This document shows positions 25,852-35,617 of a DNA stretch of 58,062 nt, piece after piece; within the stretch, counting starts at the first letter, position 1; each line of letters opens with the position of its first letter. The notes below the pieces were generated by a model. That model made no database searches and had not been told where the DNA came from. It was given only the letters and a program-made list of their open reading frames with translations. This stretch comes from a virus. The position numbers were made by a program, and so were the translations under genes. The DNA is taken from the IMG/VR virus record IMGVR_UViG_3300045988_053840. The stretch is one strand, 5' to 3'.

Positions 25852-28116
25852 ATGGCTTTATCATTTGCAAGACCAAAAAACAATGATAAGAGTATAGTTC
25901 AGAAGTCTAAAACAATAACTAATAGAACAAGTATAAGGGGCGGCGGTGGTAATAACATTGCCGCTCAAATACAGTCTATAGTGGCTATTGCTAACCAAAA
26001 ATTGGCAATACATAATGATGACTATATTCTTATTAGAGAACCTGACCAGTTATATGAGTATATGAAAGAAATGAAACAGGTCGGGGAGGGTGCGTTAGAT
26101 ACAGAAGCAACAGGATTAAATCCGTTACTTGTAGATATAGTAGGTGGTTGTATCTATACTCCAGGACAGAAAGCGGCTTATATTCCGATTAATCATAAAT
26201 CTTATATAACAGGTGTAAGAACTAAAGACCAGTTAGATGAACAGACAGTTTCTAAGATTATGAAAGATTTCTATAAGGATATCAGATGGATTTTTCATAA
26301 TGCTAAGTATGATATTCGTGTATGTAGAAAAACATTAGGAATTGATATTCCACCTTACTGGGATACAATGTTAGCGGCTTATTGTATAGATGAAGAAGAA
26401 AGTCACAGATTGAAAGACTTACATCTTAAATACTGCAATAGCAAAGATACTGAATCACTCACATTTGATTCTTTATTCAAAGGAGTTACATTTGACATTA
26501 TTCCAATATCAACTGGATATTTATATGCCGCAGGTGATGCTATAAAGACATATGAGTTATATGAGTATCAAAAAACAATATTAAATAGAAGAGTATTATC
26601 TGGTCCTTATAATGTATTTTGGAATATAGAAATGCCACTTATACCAGTTGTAGCGGATATGGAAGATAGAGGGGTATGTTTGGATTTTGATGTATGTAAA
26701 AATCTACATGAAAAATATCATAAGATAAGAGAAGAAAGACAAAAGCAAGCTGATGAAGCAATAGCAATGTATCAGAATGAAATTGATACTTATAAAATGA
26801 AAAATCCTAATAATAAGCTATCAGACCCCATATCATTATCAAGCCCCACTCAGCTTGCAATATTGTTCTATGATATTTTAGGATTAGAAAGTCCAGATAA
26901 GAAAGCACCAAGAGGAACAGGTGAAGATATTTTAAAACATTTTGCACAGGGCAAACATAAAGATTTATGTGAAGCTATCTTAGGAATGAGAAATGTTGAT
27001 AAGCTGTTAAGTACTTATATTGATAAGATGCCTGAAATTGCTCTTGAAGATGGACGAGTACATGCAAGTTATAATCAGTATGGTGCTAAGACAGGACGAT
27101 TCAGTTCACAAGACCCTAACCTACAGAATATTCCTTCACATAATAAGGAGATTAGACAGATGTTTAAGGCTCAAGACGGCTATGTGCTTATAGGTTCAGA
27201 TTTTAGTCAGCAAGAGCCAATGGTTACAGCTCATTTATCAGCCGATAAGAAGATGCAGGAAGCCTTTATAAATGGAAAAGATATCTATGCTACAATAGCG
27301 GCACTTGCTTTCCATAAGCCTTATGAAGAATGTAAAGAGTTCAGACCTGATGGAACAGTCAATCCAGCAGGTAAGGAAAGAAGAAGTCAAGCTAAAAGCA
27401 TTGTATTAGGTATCTTATATGGACGACAGATTCCTTCAATCGCAGAACAGCTTGGGGTATCTACCAAGGAAGCTCAAGCCATATATGATAAGGTTATAGC
27501 TTCATTTCCAGCCCTTGGAAAGTTCATTGAAGATTCACAGAACATGGCAAGAACTGAAGGCTATGTGACTACAGCTTGGGGCAGGAGAAGACATTTAAAG
27601 GATATGCAGTTAGAACCTTATGAATTTAGTTATAGCGGAAAAGTTACTAACTTTGACCCTCTAGCGTTTGGAAGTGAAGTATCTACAGAAGTTCCAAAAA
27701 AAGTAAAGGATAACTATACTAAACAGCTTCAAAAGGCTTTTGGTTGGAAAAAGAAAAATGATATAATTCAAAGTGCTTTAGCTCAAGGAATTAAGATTAA
27801 GGATAATGGTGGATATATAGCACAGGCAGAAAGACAATGTGTTAATGCAAGAGTACAAGGTTCTGCCGCAGATATAACGAAGCTGGTAATGATTGCAATA
27901 AACAATGATGAGAGAATGAAAGAGCTTGATTTTCATTTACTCATTCAGGTGCATGATGAGGTTATAGGTGAATGTCCTATTGAAAATGCAAAGGAAGCAG
28001 GAGAAAGACTTTCTTACTTAATGAGAACAGCCCCAACTCATTTGATTAGACTTCCATTTAAGTGTGATGTAGATTTTACAAATAATTGGTATGGTGAAGA
28101 AGTGGAGATTGAATAA
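25852..28116 (+). CDS. polA: Family A DNA polymerase with 3'-5' exonuclease domain
   Basis: Exo motif ALDTEATGL. Pol motifs DFSQQEP, RRSQAKSIVLGILYG and QVHDEV. Confidence 0.9.
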   Translation: MALSFARPKNNDKSIVQKSKTITNRTSIRGGGGNNIAAQIQSIVAIANQKLAIHNDDYILIREPDQLYEYMKEMKQVGEGALDTEATGLNPLLVDIVGGCIYTPGQKAAYIPINHKSYITGVRTKDQLDEQTVSKIMKDFYKDIRWIFHNAKYDIRVCRKTLGIDIPPYWDTMLAAYCIDEEESHRLKDLHLKYCNSKDTESLTFDSLFKGVTFDIIPISTGYLYAAGDAIKTYELYEYQKTILNRRVLSGPYNVFWNIEMPLIPVVADMEDRGVCLDFDVCKNLHEKYHKIREERQKQADEAIAMYQNEIDTYKMKNPNNKLSDPISLSSPTQLAILFYDILGLESPDKKAPRGTGEDILKHFAQGKHKDLCEAILGMRNVDKLLSTYIDKMPEIALEDGRVHASYNQYGAKTGRFSSQDPNLQNIPSHNKEIRQMFKAQDGYVLIGSDFSQQEPMVTAHLSADKKMQEAFINGKDIYATIAALAFHKPYEECKEFRPDGTVNPAGKERRSQAKSIVLGILYGRQIPSIAEQLGVSTKEAQAIYDKVIASFPALGKFIEDSQNMARTEGYVTTAWGRRRHLKDMQLEPYEFSYSGKVTNFDPLAFGSEVSTEVPKKVKDNYTKQLQKAFGWKKKNDIIQSALAQGIKIKDNGGYIAQAERQCVNARVQGSAADITKLVMIAINNDERMKELDFHLLIQVHDEVIGECPIENAKEAGERLSYLMRTAPTHLIRLPFKCDVDFTNNWYGEEVEIE

Positions 28117-29273
28117 TGGAATTGTATTTAGCTGGTGTGGATAGAAAACATCTAATTAACTCTAAAAATGAAAGATTGGATGATACATTATATTCCAATG
28201 CTTTATTTAGCTATCTTCAAAAGAATGATATAAATTCCTATATATATAATAGGAATAACTTATATGATATTACGACTGATTTATTGAATAATAAAGGATA
28301 TTTTTATAAAGCTATGAGATTATATTTAGTAGGAGCTGATAAATTTGGAAAGGAAGAAGTGAAACAGTATATGAAACTTTATTTAGCTGGGATGGAAGAA
28401 TCTTGTGTAGATAAGATTGATTGTAATGCTTTATTTAGTTATATTGACCAAGGCAAATTACAATTTGATAAACTTAAAGATTTTATTAAACCTGGAAAAT
28501 TATTTATTGATTCAGGAGCTTTTAGTGCATGGACAAAAGGAGCAAAAATAAATGTTAAGGAATATATCAACTGGTTGAATGAAAGGTCTGAAGATATTCA
28601 TTTATGTGGACAGGTAGATGTGATTCCAGGAGATAGAGTATTTGGAGCTACTCCTAAACAGGTTAGAGAAGCGGCAGAAGCTACATGGGATAATTACCTT
28701 TTTATGAGGAAACGATTGAAAAATCCAAAAGCTCTTCTATATACTTATCATGTAGGTGAACCTATTGAATTTTTAAAGCGTGCTTTAGAGTGGACAGATG
28801 AATCAGAGGAATATATTCCTTATATTGCTTTAGGTGGTATGGTTGGAAAACCGGCTAAAATAAGGGATGTGTTCCTTGAAAAATGTTTTAGGACAATTCG
28901 TGAATCTAATAATCCTAATATTAAAGTTCATGCATTTGGCATGACAGATTTTGAATTATTAGAAAAATATCCTATTTATTCCGCAGATAGCACCAGCTGG
29001 ATTATGGTTGGTGCTATGGGTAATGTTATGAGTGATTTTGGAAATATAGCAGTATCTAATAATCAAATCCATGATAAGAATCATTATAGCCATCTTCCTA
29101 AAAAGGCTATCGAAGATTTTAATAAGATAATTGATGAATTTGGATTCACTTTAGATGAATTAGCTGAACATAGGGATAATCGTATATTATTTAATGCATT
29201 ATATATGCAGAAAAAGATTCGAGAATTAAATACAAAAGACAGAAAATTTTCTTATAGAAAAAAACTTTTCTAA
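28116..29273 (+). CDS. dpdA: DpdA-like DNA guanine transglycosylase (TGT superfamily)
   Basis: The LFIDSGAFSAW motif and a TIM-barrel-like pattern, adjacent to queC/D/E and folE. The N-terminus carries three in-frame M-x-LYL-A/V-G starts (28116, 28314, 28371). Confidence 0.6.
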   Translation: MELYLAGVDRKHLINSKNERLDDTLYSNALFSYLQKNDINSYIYNRNNLYDITTDLLNNKGYFYKAMRLYLVGADKFGKEEVKQYMKLYLAGMEESCVDKIDCNALFSYIDQGKLQFDKLKDFIKPGKLFIDSGAFSAWTKGAKINVKEYINWLNERSEDIHLCGQVDVIPGDRVFGATPKQVREAAEATWDNYLFMRKRLKNPKALLYTYHVGEPIEFLKRALEWTDESEEYIPYIALGGMVGKPAKIRDVFLEKCFRTIRESNNPNIKVHAFGMTDFELLEKYPIYSADSTSWIMVGAMGNVMSDFGNIAVSNNQIHDKNHYSHLPKKAIEDFNKIIDEFGFTLDELAEHRDNRILFNALYMQKKIRELNTKDRKFSYRKKLF

Positions 29274-29279
29274 AATCAC

Positions 29280-29308
29280 TTGACATTTTTATTTGTATGT
29301 ATTACAAT
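29280..29308 (+). promoter_or_regulatory. Early promoter P4 (TTGACA-17-TACAAT)
   Basis: TTGACA at 29280-29285, TACAAT at 29303-29308. The downstream leader is identical to P1 (acaattacattaaggaaagga). Confidence 0.7.
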
Positions 29309-29340
29309 ACAATTACATTAAGGAAAGGAAGTTGATAAAT

Positions 29341-29859
29341 ATGTATGAATCAAAACGAGACAAGACTGTTCATGCCAGAATAATAAAAGAGGATACTGAA
29401 AGAAAAACAGTTATTATTGAATATCTCTCTGGAAATAAAAAAGGTAAAAATACTTGTATCACAACTTCTACTTTGAAGAGGTGGTGGAACAAGGTAGATG
29501 AAAAGATATTCTCAACATCAAAGAATTTAGAAAATAATCCTGAGAAGGAAATACACAAAAAGAAAACTACAAAAATTGACAGAACAAAAGATATAAAAAA
29601 GATAGTTGAAATGCTTGTTAATGACTATGAGTATAAATACTATGATTCTGTTAAATGTTATACAATTTATAGTCAGGGAACAGTTATTGCGGAGGTTTAT
29701 CCTCGTATAAAAAATATTGAAGTTCGTGTAAAAAAAGTAAAAGAAGATTTTGATTCGGATGTTTTTTATAAAGATGGATATAAGTATTATCTTCCCGTTC
29801 ATTATTATGTTTCTTATGAAACAGATTATATTAAAATTATTAAGGACCTTTTATCTTAA
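29341..29859 (+). CDS. Hypothetical Lys-rich protein between dpdA and the deaminase
   Basis: ORF track 29293..29859; ATG 29341 follows AAGGAAAGGAAG. Confidence 0.5.
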   Translation: MYESKRDKTVHARIIKEDTERKTVIIEYLSGNKKGKNTCITTSTLKRWWNKVDEKIFSTSKNLENNPEKEIHKKKTTKIDRTKDIKKIVEMLVNDYEYKYYDSVKCYTIYSQGTVIAEVYPRIKNIEVRVKKVKEDFDSDVFYKDGYKYYLPVHYYVSYETDYIKIIKDLLS

Positions 29860-29995
29860 TCTTTTAATGGCTGTGATACCTGACAGCTGAGGTCAATATT
29901 ATGGAAAGTGAGGAAACCACAATGAAAAAACCAAGAGCTCCTTCTTAATTATATAGTTATATTATGATTATATAATTGAGAAAGGAAAGTTGAAT

Positions 29996-30460
29996 ATGAA
30001 TAATAAAGAATATATGGATTTAGGCGTTGCAGAGGCTACTGTAACTATGCATCAGAATATAGGAGGTCCATTTGGAGCAGTTATTGTGAAGGATGGAGAG
30101 ATTATTTCTATTGCTAGCAATACAGTTCTTCAGGATAATGACCCAACAGCTCATGCAGAAATGAATGCTATTAGAAAAGCTTGTAAAAAATTAGGAACAT
30201 ATGATTTAACAGGATGTGAATTATATGCTACTGGATATCCTTGTCCTATGTGTTTATCTGCTATCATATGGGCTAATATCAAAAAAGTGTATTATTGTAA
30301 TAATGTGGAACAGGCCGAGGAGATAGGTTTTCGTGATGATTTTATCTATGATTATATAAGGAATGGAAATCCGAAAGTATTAGATTTAGAATCTTGTACA
30401 ACAGGAAAGGGTTTAGATTTATATAATCAGTATGTAGCAATGAATAAGGTTATTTATTAG
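29996..30460 (+). CDS. CDA-fold deaminase, guanine deaminase (GuaD)-type
   Basis: GGPFGAVIVKDGEII...NDPTAHAEMNAIRKACKKLG...PCPMCLSAIIWANIKKVYY...GFRDDFIY tracks B. subtilis GuaD closely, as remembered. Confidence 0.7.
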   Translation: MNNKEYMDLGVAEATVTMHQNIGGPFGAVIVKDGEIISIASNTVLQDNDPTAHAEMNAIRKACKKLGTYDLTGCELYATGYPCPMCLSAIIWANIKKVYYCNNVEQAEEIGFRDDFIYDYIRNGNPKVLDLESCTTGKGLDLYNQYVAMNKVIY

Positions 30461-30471
30461 GAGGATTATTA

Positions 30472-31176
30472 ATGAAAGCCTTGGTATTAAATTCAGGTGG
30501 TGTAGATTCAACAACATGTGTTGCAATAGCTGTAGATAAATATGGCAAGGATAATGTTATAACAGCTTCTTTATATTATGGTCAGAAGCACGATAAAGAA
30601 TTACAGTGTGCTAAGAAGATAGCAGAATATTATGGTGTTAGACATATTGAAGAAGATATATCTAATGTAATGAAATATGCTGGACAGGTATGCTCACTTG
30701 TTAAGGGTTCTAAGGATGAAATCTTAGATATGAGTTATGCAGACCAGATTAAGCAGAATGGAGAAGGAAGAGTTGGTACTTATGTACCTTTCAGAAATGG
30801 ATTATTACTCTCCATTGCAACTGCTTTTGCAGATAGTTTATTTCCAGGTGAAGAAGTAGAAGTTTTCTATGGGGCTCATGCAGATGATGCCGCAGGAGAA
30901 GCTTACGCAGATTGTTCCCCAGAATTTGCAGATGCTATGGATAAAGCAATCAATATTGGAACTTATGGAAAAATCCATATCAACAGACCTCTCATTCACA
31001 TGAATAAAGCAGGTGTTGTAAAAACTGGATTAGATTTGAATGTTCCATATGAATTAACATGGAGTTGTTATCATGGAGGAGAAAAAGCTTGTGGTAAATG
31101 TGGTACATGTATAGATAGAAGACATGCTTTTGAAGCTAATGGTGTCAAAGACCCTATTGAATATGAGGAGCATTAA
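30472..31176 (+). CDS. queC: 7-cyano-7-deazaguanine (preQ0) synthase
   Basis: ALVLNSGGVDSTT PP-loop and C-terminal zinc site CGKCGTCIDR. Confidence 0.9.
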   Translation: MKALVLNSGGVDSTTCVAIAVDKYGKDNVITASLYYGQKHDKELQCAKKIAEYYGVRHIEEDISNVMKYAGQVCSLVKGSKDEILDMSYADQIKQNGEGRVGTYVPFRNGLLLSIATAFADSLFPGEEVEVFYGAHADDAAGEAYADCSPEFADAMDKAINIGTYGKIHINRPLIHMNKAGVVKTGLDLNVPYELTWSCYHGGEKACGKCGTCIDRRHAFEANGVKDPIEYEEH

Positions 31177-31286
31177 TGAGCTGTAAATTTGAGAATAAAA
31201 AAGATAAATTATTATATTGGGGCAGTTTGATTTTAAGAATACTTGCTCTTACATTATCAATGTATTTATATAGGAGGTTTGCTTAA
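31176..31286 (+). CDS. Possible 36-aa hydrophobic peptide between queC and queD
   Basis: ATG overlaps the queC stop (TAATG). MSCKFENKKDKLLYWGSLILRILALTLSMYLYRRFA; its stop lies 1 nt before the queD ATG. Under 60 aa, so absent from the track. Confidence 0.3.
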   Translation: MSCKFENKKDKLLYWGSLILRILALTLSMYLYRRFA

Positions 31287-31287
31287 T

Positions 31288-31638
31288 ATGTATTATGTAT
31301 CAAAAAGAATGGAAATAGCTGGGGCTCATCAGTTAAAATTACCTTATGAAAGTAAGTGTTCTAATCTTCATGGGCATAACTGGATAATAACTGTTCATTG
31401 CAAAGGTAAGGTTCTCACGGATTATGGAATGTTGGTAGATTTCAAACATATCAAAGAGGCAGTTCAAGAGAAATTAGACCACAAGTATATCAATGAGGTC
31501 ATAGACTTTAATCCTACAGCTGAAAACATGGCTAAATGGATATGTGATGAGGTTGATAAGATGTGTCCTATCCCTACCATTTGTTATAAGGTTGAAGTGC
31601 AGGAAAGTGAAGGAAACATAGCTGTATATGAAATTTGA
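31288..31638 (+). CDS. queD: 6-carboxy-5,6,7,8-tetrahydropterin synthase
   Basis: ORF track 31243..31638; ATG 31288 follows AGGAGG. EIAGAHQL...CSNLHGHNW motif. Confidence 0.85.
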   Translation: MYYVSKRMEIAGAHQLKLPYESKCSNLHGHNWIITVHCKGKVLTDYGMLVDFKHIKEAVQEKLDHKYINEVIDFNPTAENMAKWICDEVDKMCPIPTICYKVEVQESEGNIAVYEI

Positions 31639-31649
31639 GGAGGATTAAA

Positions 31650-32294
31650 ATGAAAGTAGTAGAAATATTTAAAAGCATTGATGGTGAAGGTAAGCGAGCT
31701 GGCTTACCTACCACCTTTATAAGATTATTTGGTTGTAATTTGAATTGTTCATACTGTGATACAAGATATGGATGTGAAGGAGAAGGATATTCAATCTTAA
31801 GCATTCCAGATATTGTTGCAACAGTAGAAAGATTCGGTATTCATTCAGTAACAATAACTGGTGGAGAACCTCTTGTACACCCAGGCATTAATAAACTTGT
31901 TGATATACTATTAGAAAAAGGTTACTGGGTTAATATTGAAACTAATGGTTCACAGTATATTGGAAAATTTCCAATAAATCCACTTCTATTCTTTACAATG
32001 GATTATAAATGTCCTTCAAGCGGTATGGAGAGTCATATGGATGTTCATAACTTTAGATTACTATCCAAAAATGATGTGCTTAAATTCGTTGTAGGCAGTC
32101 AGGAGGATTTGAATAAAGCACTACAAGTTATTGAAAAATATAATCCACAGGCACAGATATATTTCAGCCCAGTATTCGGTGAAATTGAACCTAAAGAAAT
32201 AGTACATTATCTATTAGAGCATAGGATGTATAATTGTAAAGTTCAGATTCAGTTACACAAGATTATATGGAATCCAAATGAAAGGGGTGTTTAA
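31650..32294 (+). CDS. queE: 7-carboxy-7-deazaguanine synthase (radical SAM)
   Basis: ORF track 31635..32294; ATG 31650 follows [41 protein letters not shown]. Confidence 0.85.
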   Translation: MKVVEIFKSIDGEGKRAGLPTTFIRLFGCNLNCSYCDTRYGCEGEGYSILSIPDIVATVERFGIHSVTITGGEPLVHPGINKLVDILLEKGYWVNIETNGSQYIGKFPINPLLFFTMDYKCPSSGMESHMDVHNFRLLSKNDVLKFVVGSQEDLNKALQVIEKYNPQAQIYFSPVFGEIEPKEIVHYLLEHRMYNCKVQIQLHKIIWNPNERGV

Positions 32295-32296
32295 TA

Positions 32297-32869
32297 ATGA
32301 TTGATAAGAATAGAATAGAGAAAGCAATCAAGGAAATATTAATTGCGTTAGGTGATGACCCAGATAGACCAGGACTTGTAGATACACCAAAAAGAGTGGC
32401 AAAGATGTATGAAGAAGTATTTGAAGGTATGAATTATACCAATGCAGAAATCGCAGATAAATTCTGCAAATGCTTTGATACAGATAATAATGATTTAGTT
32501 GTTGTACAGGATATTCCAATATTTAGTTATTGTGAACATCATTTAGCCCTTATGTATAACATGACGGTTTCTATTGCTTATATACCTAATGGCAAAGTAT
32601 TAGGATTAAGCAAGTTTGCTCGTATTGCTGATATGGTTGGAAAGCGATTACAGCTTCAGGAAAGAATAGGTTCAGATATTGCTGAGATTGTACAGATGGC
32701 AACTGGTTCAAACGATGTATTAGTAGTTGTACAAGGAGAACATAGCTGTATGACTGCAAGAGGTATTAAGAGTCGAGGAGCTAAAACCCGTACAGCTACA
32801 ATAAGAGGACAGTTTGAGAATAATGTGGATTTAAGAAAAGAAGCGTATTCTTTAATGAGTTTAAATTAA
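32297..32869 (+). CDS. folE: GTP cyclohydrolase I
   Basis: [16 protein letters not shown]...[11 protein letters not shown]...[23 protein letters not shown]. Confidence 0.9.
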   Translation: MIDKNRIEKAIKEILIALGDDPDRPGLVDTPKRVAKMYEEVFEGMNYTNAEIADKFCKCFDTDNNDLVVVQDIPIFSYCEHHLALMYNMTVSIAYIPNGKVLGLSKFARIADMVGKRLQLQERIGSDIAEIVQMATGSNDVLVVVQGEHSCMTARGIKSRGAKTRTATIRGQFENNVDLRKEAYSLMSLN

Positions 32870-32886
32870 TAAGGAGGATTTAATTA

Positions 32887-33975
32887 ATGAAAGTAGTATC
32901 AAGCAGAATGAAAGACGCAGTAAACAAGGCAATCAAGGGTGCAGGTTTTAATAATTTAATACCTATAACATCTATGATAGGTATTAAGCTGGAAGGCGGA
33001 AAACTGAGATTATTCACAACAGATATGACTAATACATTATGTATCATCATTGATAAGGTGTCAGGTGTGGATATGGATATCACAGTTGATGCTGACAAGT
33101 TCGGGAAGTTGATTGCAAAGACAACTTCGGAGGATATTGAATTAATAGTTATTGATGATGTATTATCTGTTAAAGCTAATGGAACATATAAGATTCCACT
33201 TATATCTGATGAAGAAGGACTTGTCACATTTCCAGCTCTTTCAGAAACAAAGGGAAAGACAACTAATGTAAAGCTCACAAGTATTATGCAGGCATATAAT
33301 ATTAATAAGTCCGCACTTGCTAAGACACTTGAGAACCCAGCTCTAACAGGTTACTATTGCGGAGATATGGTAATATCTACGGATGCGAATGTTATTACAT
33401 TTAATGATTTCAAGATGTTTGAGCAGGATGAACCATTGCTTATTTCACCACAGTTAATGCAGTTATTAACACTCAATAAGCAGGAAGATATTAAGTTGAT
33501 TGTTGATAGGACATTACTCACATTTGTTGCAGATGATATGGTTGTTCAGGGTGCTGTTATGGAAGGTATTGAGGACTTCCCAGCTGATGATGTTAAAGCA
33601 TATCTTGATGAAGCATTCACATCATCTTGTAAAGTACCTAAAGATTTATTACTTGCAACTCTTGATAGACTTGCATTGTTTATTGAGCCTTATGATAAGA
33701 ATGGAGCATACTTCACATTCGGAAGAAAGGGTATTAACATTCACAGTAAAAAGGACGCTTCTACAGAGATTATCAACTATGTGGAAAGCAAGAACTTTGA
33801 ACCATTCATGTGTTGTGTTGATATTCCAATGTTAAAGGAACAGTTGCAGGCTAACCCGGACGATACTGTTAAGATTTGCTATGGAAATGAAAATGCTTTA
33901 AAGATTGAGAGCGGAAAAGTAACACAGGTTATAGCACTTCTTGAAGATGAAGACCTTGACAATATGACTGAATAA
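32887..33975 (+). CDS. dnaN: DNA polymerase sliding clamp (beta-clamp-like)
   Basis: 362 aa with a three-domain-sized beta-rich pattern. The genome also encodes clamp-loader subunits. Confidence 0.6.
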   Translation: MKVVSSRMKDAVNKAIKGAGFNNLIPITSMIGIKLEGGKLRLFTTDMTNTLCIIIDKVSGVDMDITVDADKFGKLIAKTTSEDIELIVIDDVLSVKANGTYKIPLISDEEGLVTFPALSETKGKTTNVKLTSIMQAYNINKSALAKTLENPALTGYYCGDMVISTDANVITFNDFKMFEQDEPLLISPQLMQLLTLNKQEDIKLIVDRTLLTFVADDMVVQGAVMEGIEDFPADDVKAYLDEAFTSSCKVPKDLLLATLDRLALFIEPYDKNGAYFTFGRKGINIHSKKDASTEIINYVESKNFEPFMCCVDIPMLKEQLQANPDDTVKICYGNENALKIESGKVTQVIALLEDEDLDNMTE

Positions 33976-34031
33976 GTATATACTTTATATTGTAAACCAC
34001 AAATCACTGTTTTGCCTCTTTCTTAATGAAT

Positions 34032-34067
34032 GCACCCTTATAGAAATATAGGGGTGTATTTTTTTTT
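34032..34067 (+). terminator. Rho-independent terminator
   Basis: gcacccttata (34032-34042) pairs with tataggggtgt (34047-34057), followed by a run of nine T. Confidence 0.75.
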
Positions 34068-34088
34068 ATATAAATTTTAAAAATATGC

Positions 34089-34117
34089 TTGACATTTTAT
34101 GTTATATGTATTACAAT
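34089..34117 (+). promoter_or_regulatory. Early promoter P5 (TTGACA-17-TACAAT)
   Basis: TTGACA at 34089-34094, TACAAT at 34112-34117. The UP region tatataaattttaaaaat and the leader ataatcaagttaagaaa are shared with P8. Confidence 0.7.
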
Positions 34118-34167
34118 ATAATCAAGTTAAGAAAACAAATACATATAAAGGTTAAAGGGTGATTGAT

Positions 34168-34437
34168 ATGAATAATAGAAGTGAAGGGTATAGTTTAGAA
34201 CTTAAAATAGTAGGAGCATTAAAAAGAAAATTTGAGACCACTAAAACTAATACCATTTTATTACAAATGAAATGTGGTAAGAATATAGAAGTTACAAGGA
34301 TACCTGGATATGGTTTGTCTGATATAAGGTCTTATGAAGTATGTTCATTAGGTTATCATCATATCCCTACTGGAAGATATTATGGAGAGGCTGAAGGTTT
34401 AGATGGTGTAGCTCGTATTTTAATGAATATTAAATAA
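34168..34437 (+). CDS. Hypothetical protein
   Basis: ORF track 34159..34437; ATG 34168 follows aaagggtga. Confidence 0.5.
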   Translation: MNNRSEGYSLELKIVGALKRKFETTKTNTILLQMKCGKNIEVTRIPGYGLSDIRSYEVCSLGYHHIPTGRYYGEAEGLDGVARILMNIK

Positions 34438-34450
34438 GGAGGAAAATCAA

Positions 34451-34624
34451 ATGACAAAAAGAGCAACCAAGGCTATACAAATATTAGAATCTAATCATTG
34501 TATGATTAATAGTTTATGCACAAAAGAAGAATTAAAGAGTTATAAGGATTTTGATTTTGTGGAATATTTGAAGAAAGCTGTTAAAAGTTATGGAAATGAT
34601 AATAATGTGGAGGTGACTAAATGA
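34451..34624 (+). CDS. Hypothetical 57-aa protein (below ORF-track cut-off)
   Basis: ATG 34451 follows AAGGAGG. Its stop overlaps the next ATG (ATGA at 34621-34624). Confidence 0.45.
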   Translation: MTKRATKAIQILESNHCMINSLCTKEELKSYKDFDFVEYLKKAVKSYGNDNNVEVTK

Positions 34625-34806
34625 AGGTATATGAACTACTGGATAAAATACCTACTCATTATCAAGCAATAATAAAATCTAGTAATAACAAATTTCTTAC
34701 AGCAGGAAGAATATTTGAGTTAGAAAGAGCAAAAATTTATTTGGATTCAGAGGTTAAAGAAATAAATATATATGATAACAAATTAATAATAAAAATAGAA
34801 AGGTGA
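34621..34806 (+). CDS. Hypothetical protein
   Basis: 61-aa ORF after GGAGGTGA. Confidence 0.45.
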   Translation: MKVYELLDKIPTHYQAIIKSSNNKFLTAGRIFELERAKIYLDSEVKEINIYDNKLIIKIER

Positions 34807-35612
34807 TTGATAAGGTGAGTAGAAGATTATTAAATCTAATCAATAACAATAAACCACAGCTCCCCGCAAATAAGAAATTTTTATCTGATGTTATGAGCTG
34901 TATTGAAAGAATGGAACAAGAAGGGAGAAGAACTGGAAGTAATTATTATAAGCCTTCTTCCTTGCATTGTATGAGAAATATGTATTTCACAAGAACAAAA
35001 GCACCACAAGACCCAGAAGTGGTAGAATATAATTCAACAGGAATGGCAGATACAGGAACTGCAAGGCATGAAGCATTACAAAATGCATTGTTGAATTTAC
35101 AGAAAATGGGATACGATTGGAAATATCTTGATGTAGCTGAGTATGTTAAACAGAAGCAGAAGTTCGGAAAATGTAAGTCTTTGATTGTAAAAGGCACACA
35201 GGGAGCAGAAACACACCTTATAGATACTGCATTGAATCTATCTTTTAGATGTGACGGCATTATAAGGAGGATATCTACAAATGAAGATTATTTATGGGAG
35301 TTCAAGAATGTAGTATCATTCAAGTATAATCAGTTGAATGACCATTGTTTAGAACAGCATCATAATCAAGTAATCTGCTATTGTACTGTACTTGATTTAG
35401 ATAAGGCTTTCGTGACATATGAGAATAGAGATATATGCACACTTGAAGTTCCTGAAGTATTTGAAGTCACACAGGATATGAAAAACTGGCTTGTAAACTA
35501 TATAAGTGAATGTGAAGGTTATGTGGAAAGAATGATAGCACCGCCACGAACAGAAGATACAAAGAATTGTAAATATTGTCCTTATAAAGGAATATGCAGA
35601 AAGGTAGGTTAA
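34803..35612 (+). CDS. PD-(D/E)XK exonuclease with Cas4-like Fe-S cysteine cluster
   Basis: N-terminal Cys (SSLHCMRN), a D...EFK nuclease core and C-terminal CKYCPYKGIC (C-x2-C-x5-C). Confidence 0.6.
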   Translation: MIDKVSRRLLNLINNNKPQLPANKKFLSDVMSCIERMEQEGRRTGSNYYKPSSLHCMRNMYFTRTKAPQDPEVVEYNSTGMADTGTARHEALQNALLNLQKMGYDWKYLDVAEYVKQKQKFGKCKSLIVKGTQGAETHLIDTALNLSFRCDGIIRRISTNEDYLWEFKNVVSFKYNQLNDHCLEQHHNQVICYCTVLDLDKAFVTYENRDICTLEVPEVFEVTQDMKNWLVNYISECEGYVERMIAPPRTEDTKNCKYCPYKGICRKVG

Positions 35613-35617
35613 TAATT

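Noticed and set aside
29947-29977. Inverted repeat aattatata-N13-tatataatt overlapping a TATAAT just before the deaminase gene; possible operator.
   Set aside because: It consists only of A and T in an AT-rich genome, and the -35 is poor. A chance occurrence is likely.
29860-29995. Possible preQ1 riboswitch in the 136-nt gap upstream of the deaminase/que operon. The A-rich tail caatgaaaaaaccaagag resembles the preQ1-I tail.
   Set aside because: I could not build the required 5-bp P1 stem; only a 3-bp GUG/CAC pairing is available. No promoter is positioned to transcribe the segment as a leader, so the similarity is probably just an A-rich coincidence. An Infernal scan with the preQ1-I/II/III models would settle it.
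975-33835. Alternative-frame + strand ORFs nested in larger genes (975..1178, 7836..8072, 10423..10605, 10798..10986, 11215..11526, 11530..11739, 14170..14352, 23952..24140, 33500..33835).
   Set aside because: They are fully contained in better-supported ORFs (tail proteins, endolysin, primase, clamp). They lack RBS motifs and have a Leu/Ile/Arg-rich composition typical of off-frame translation.
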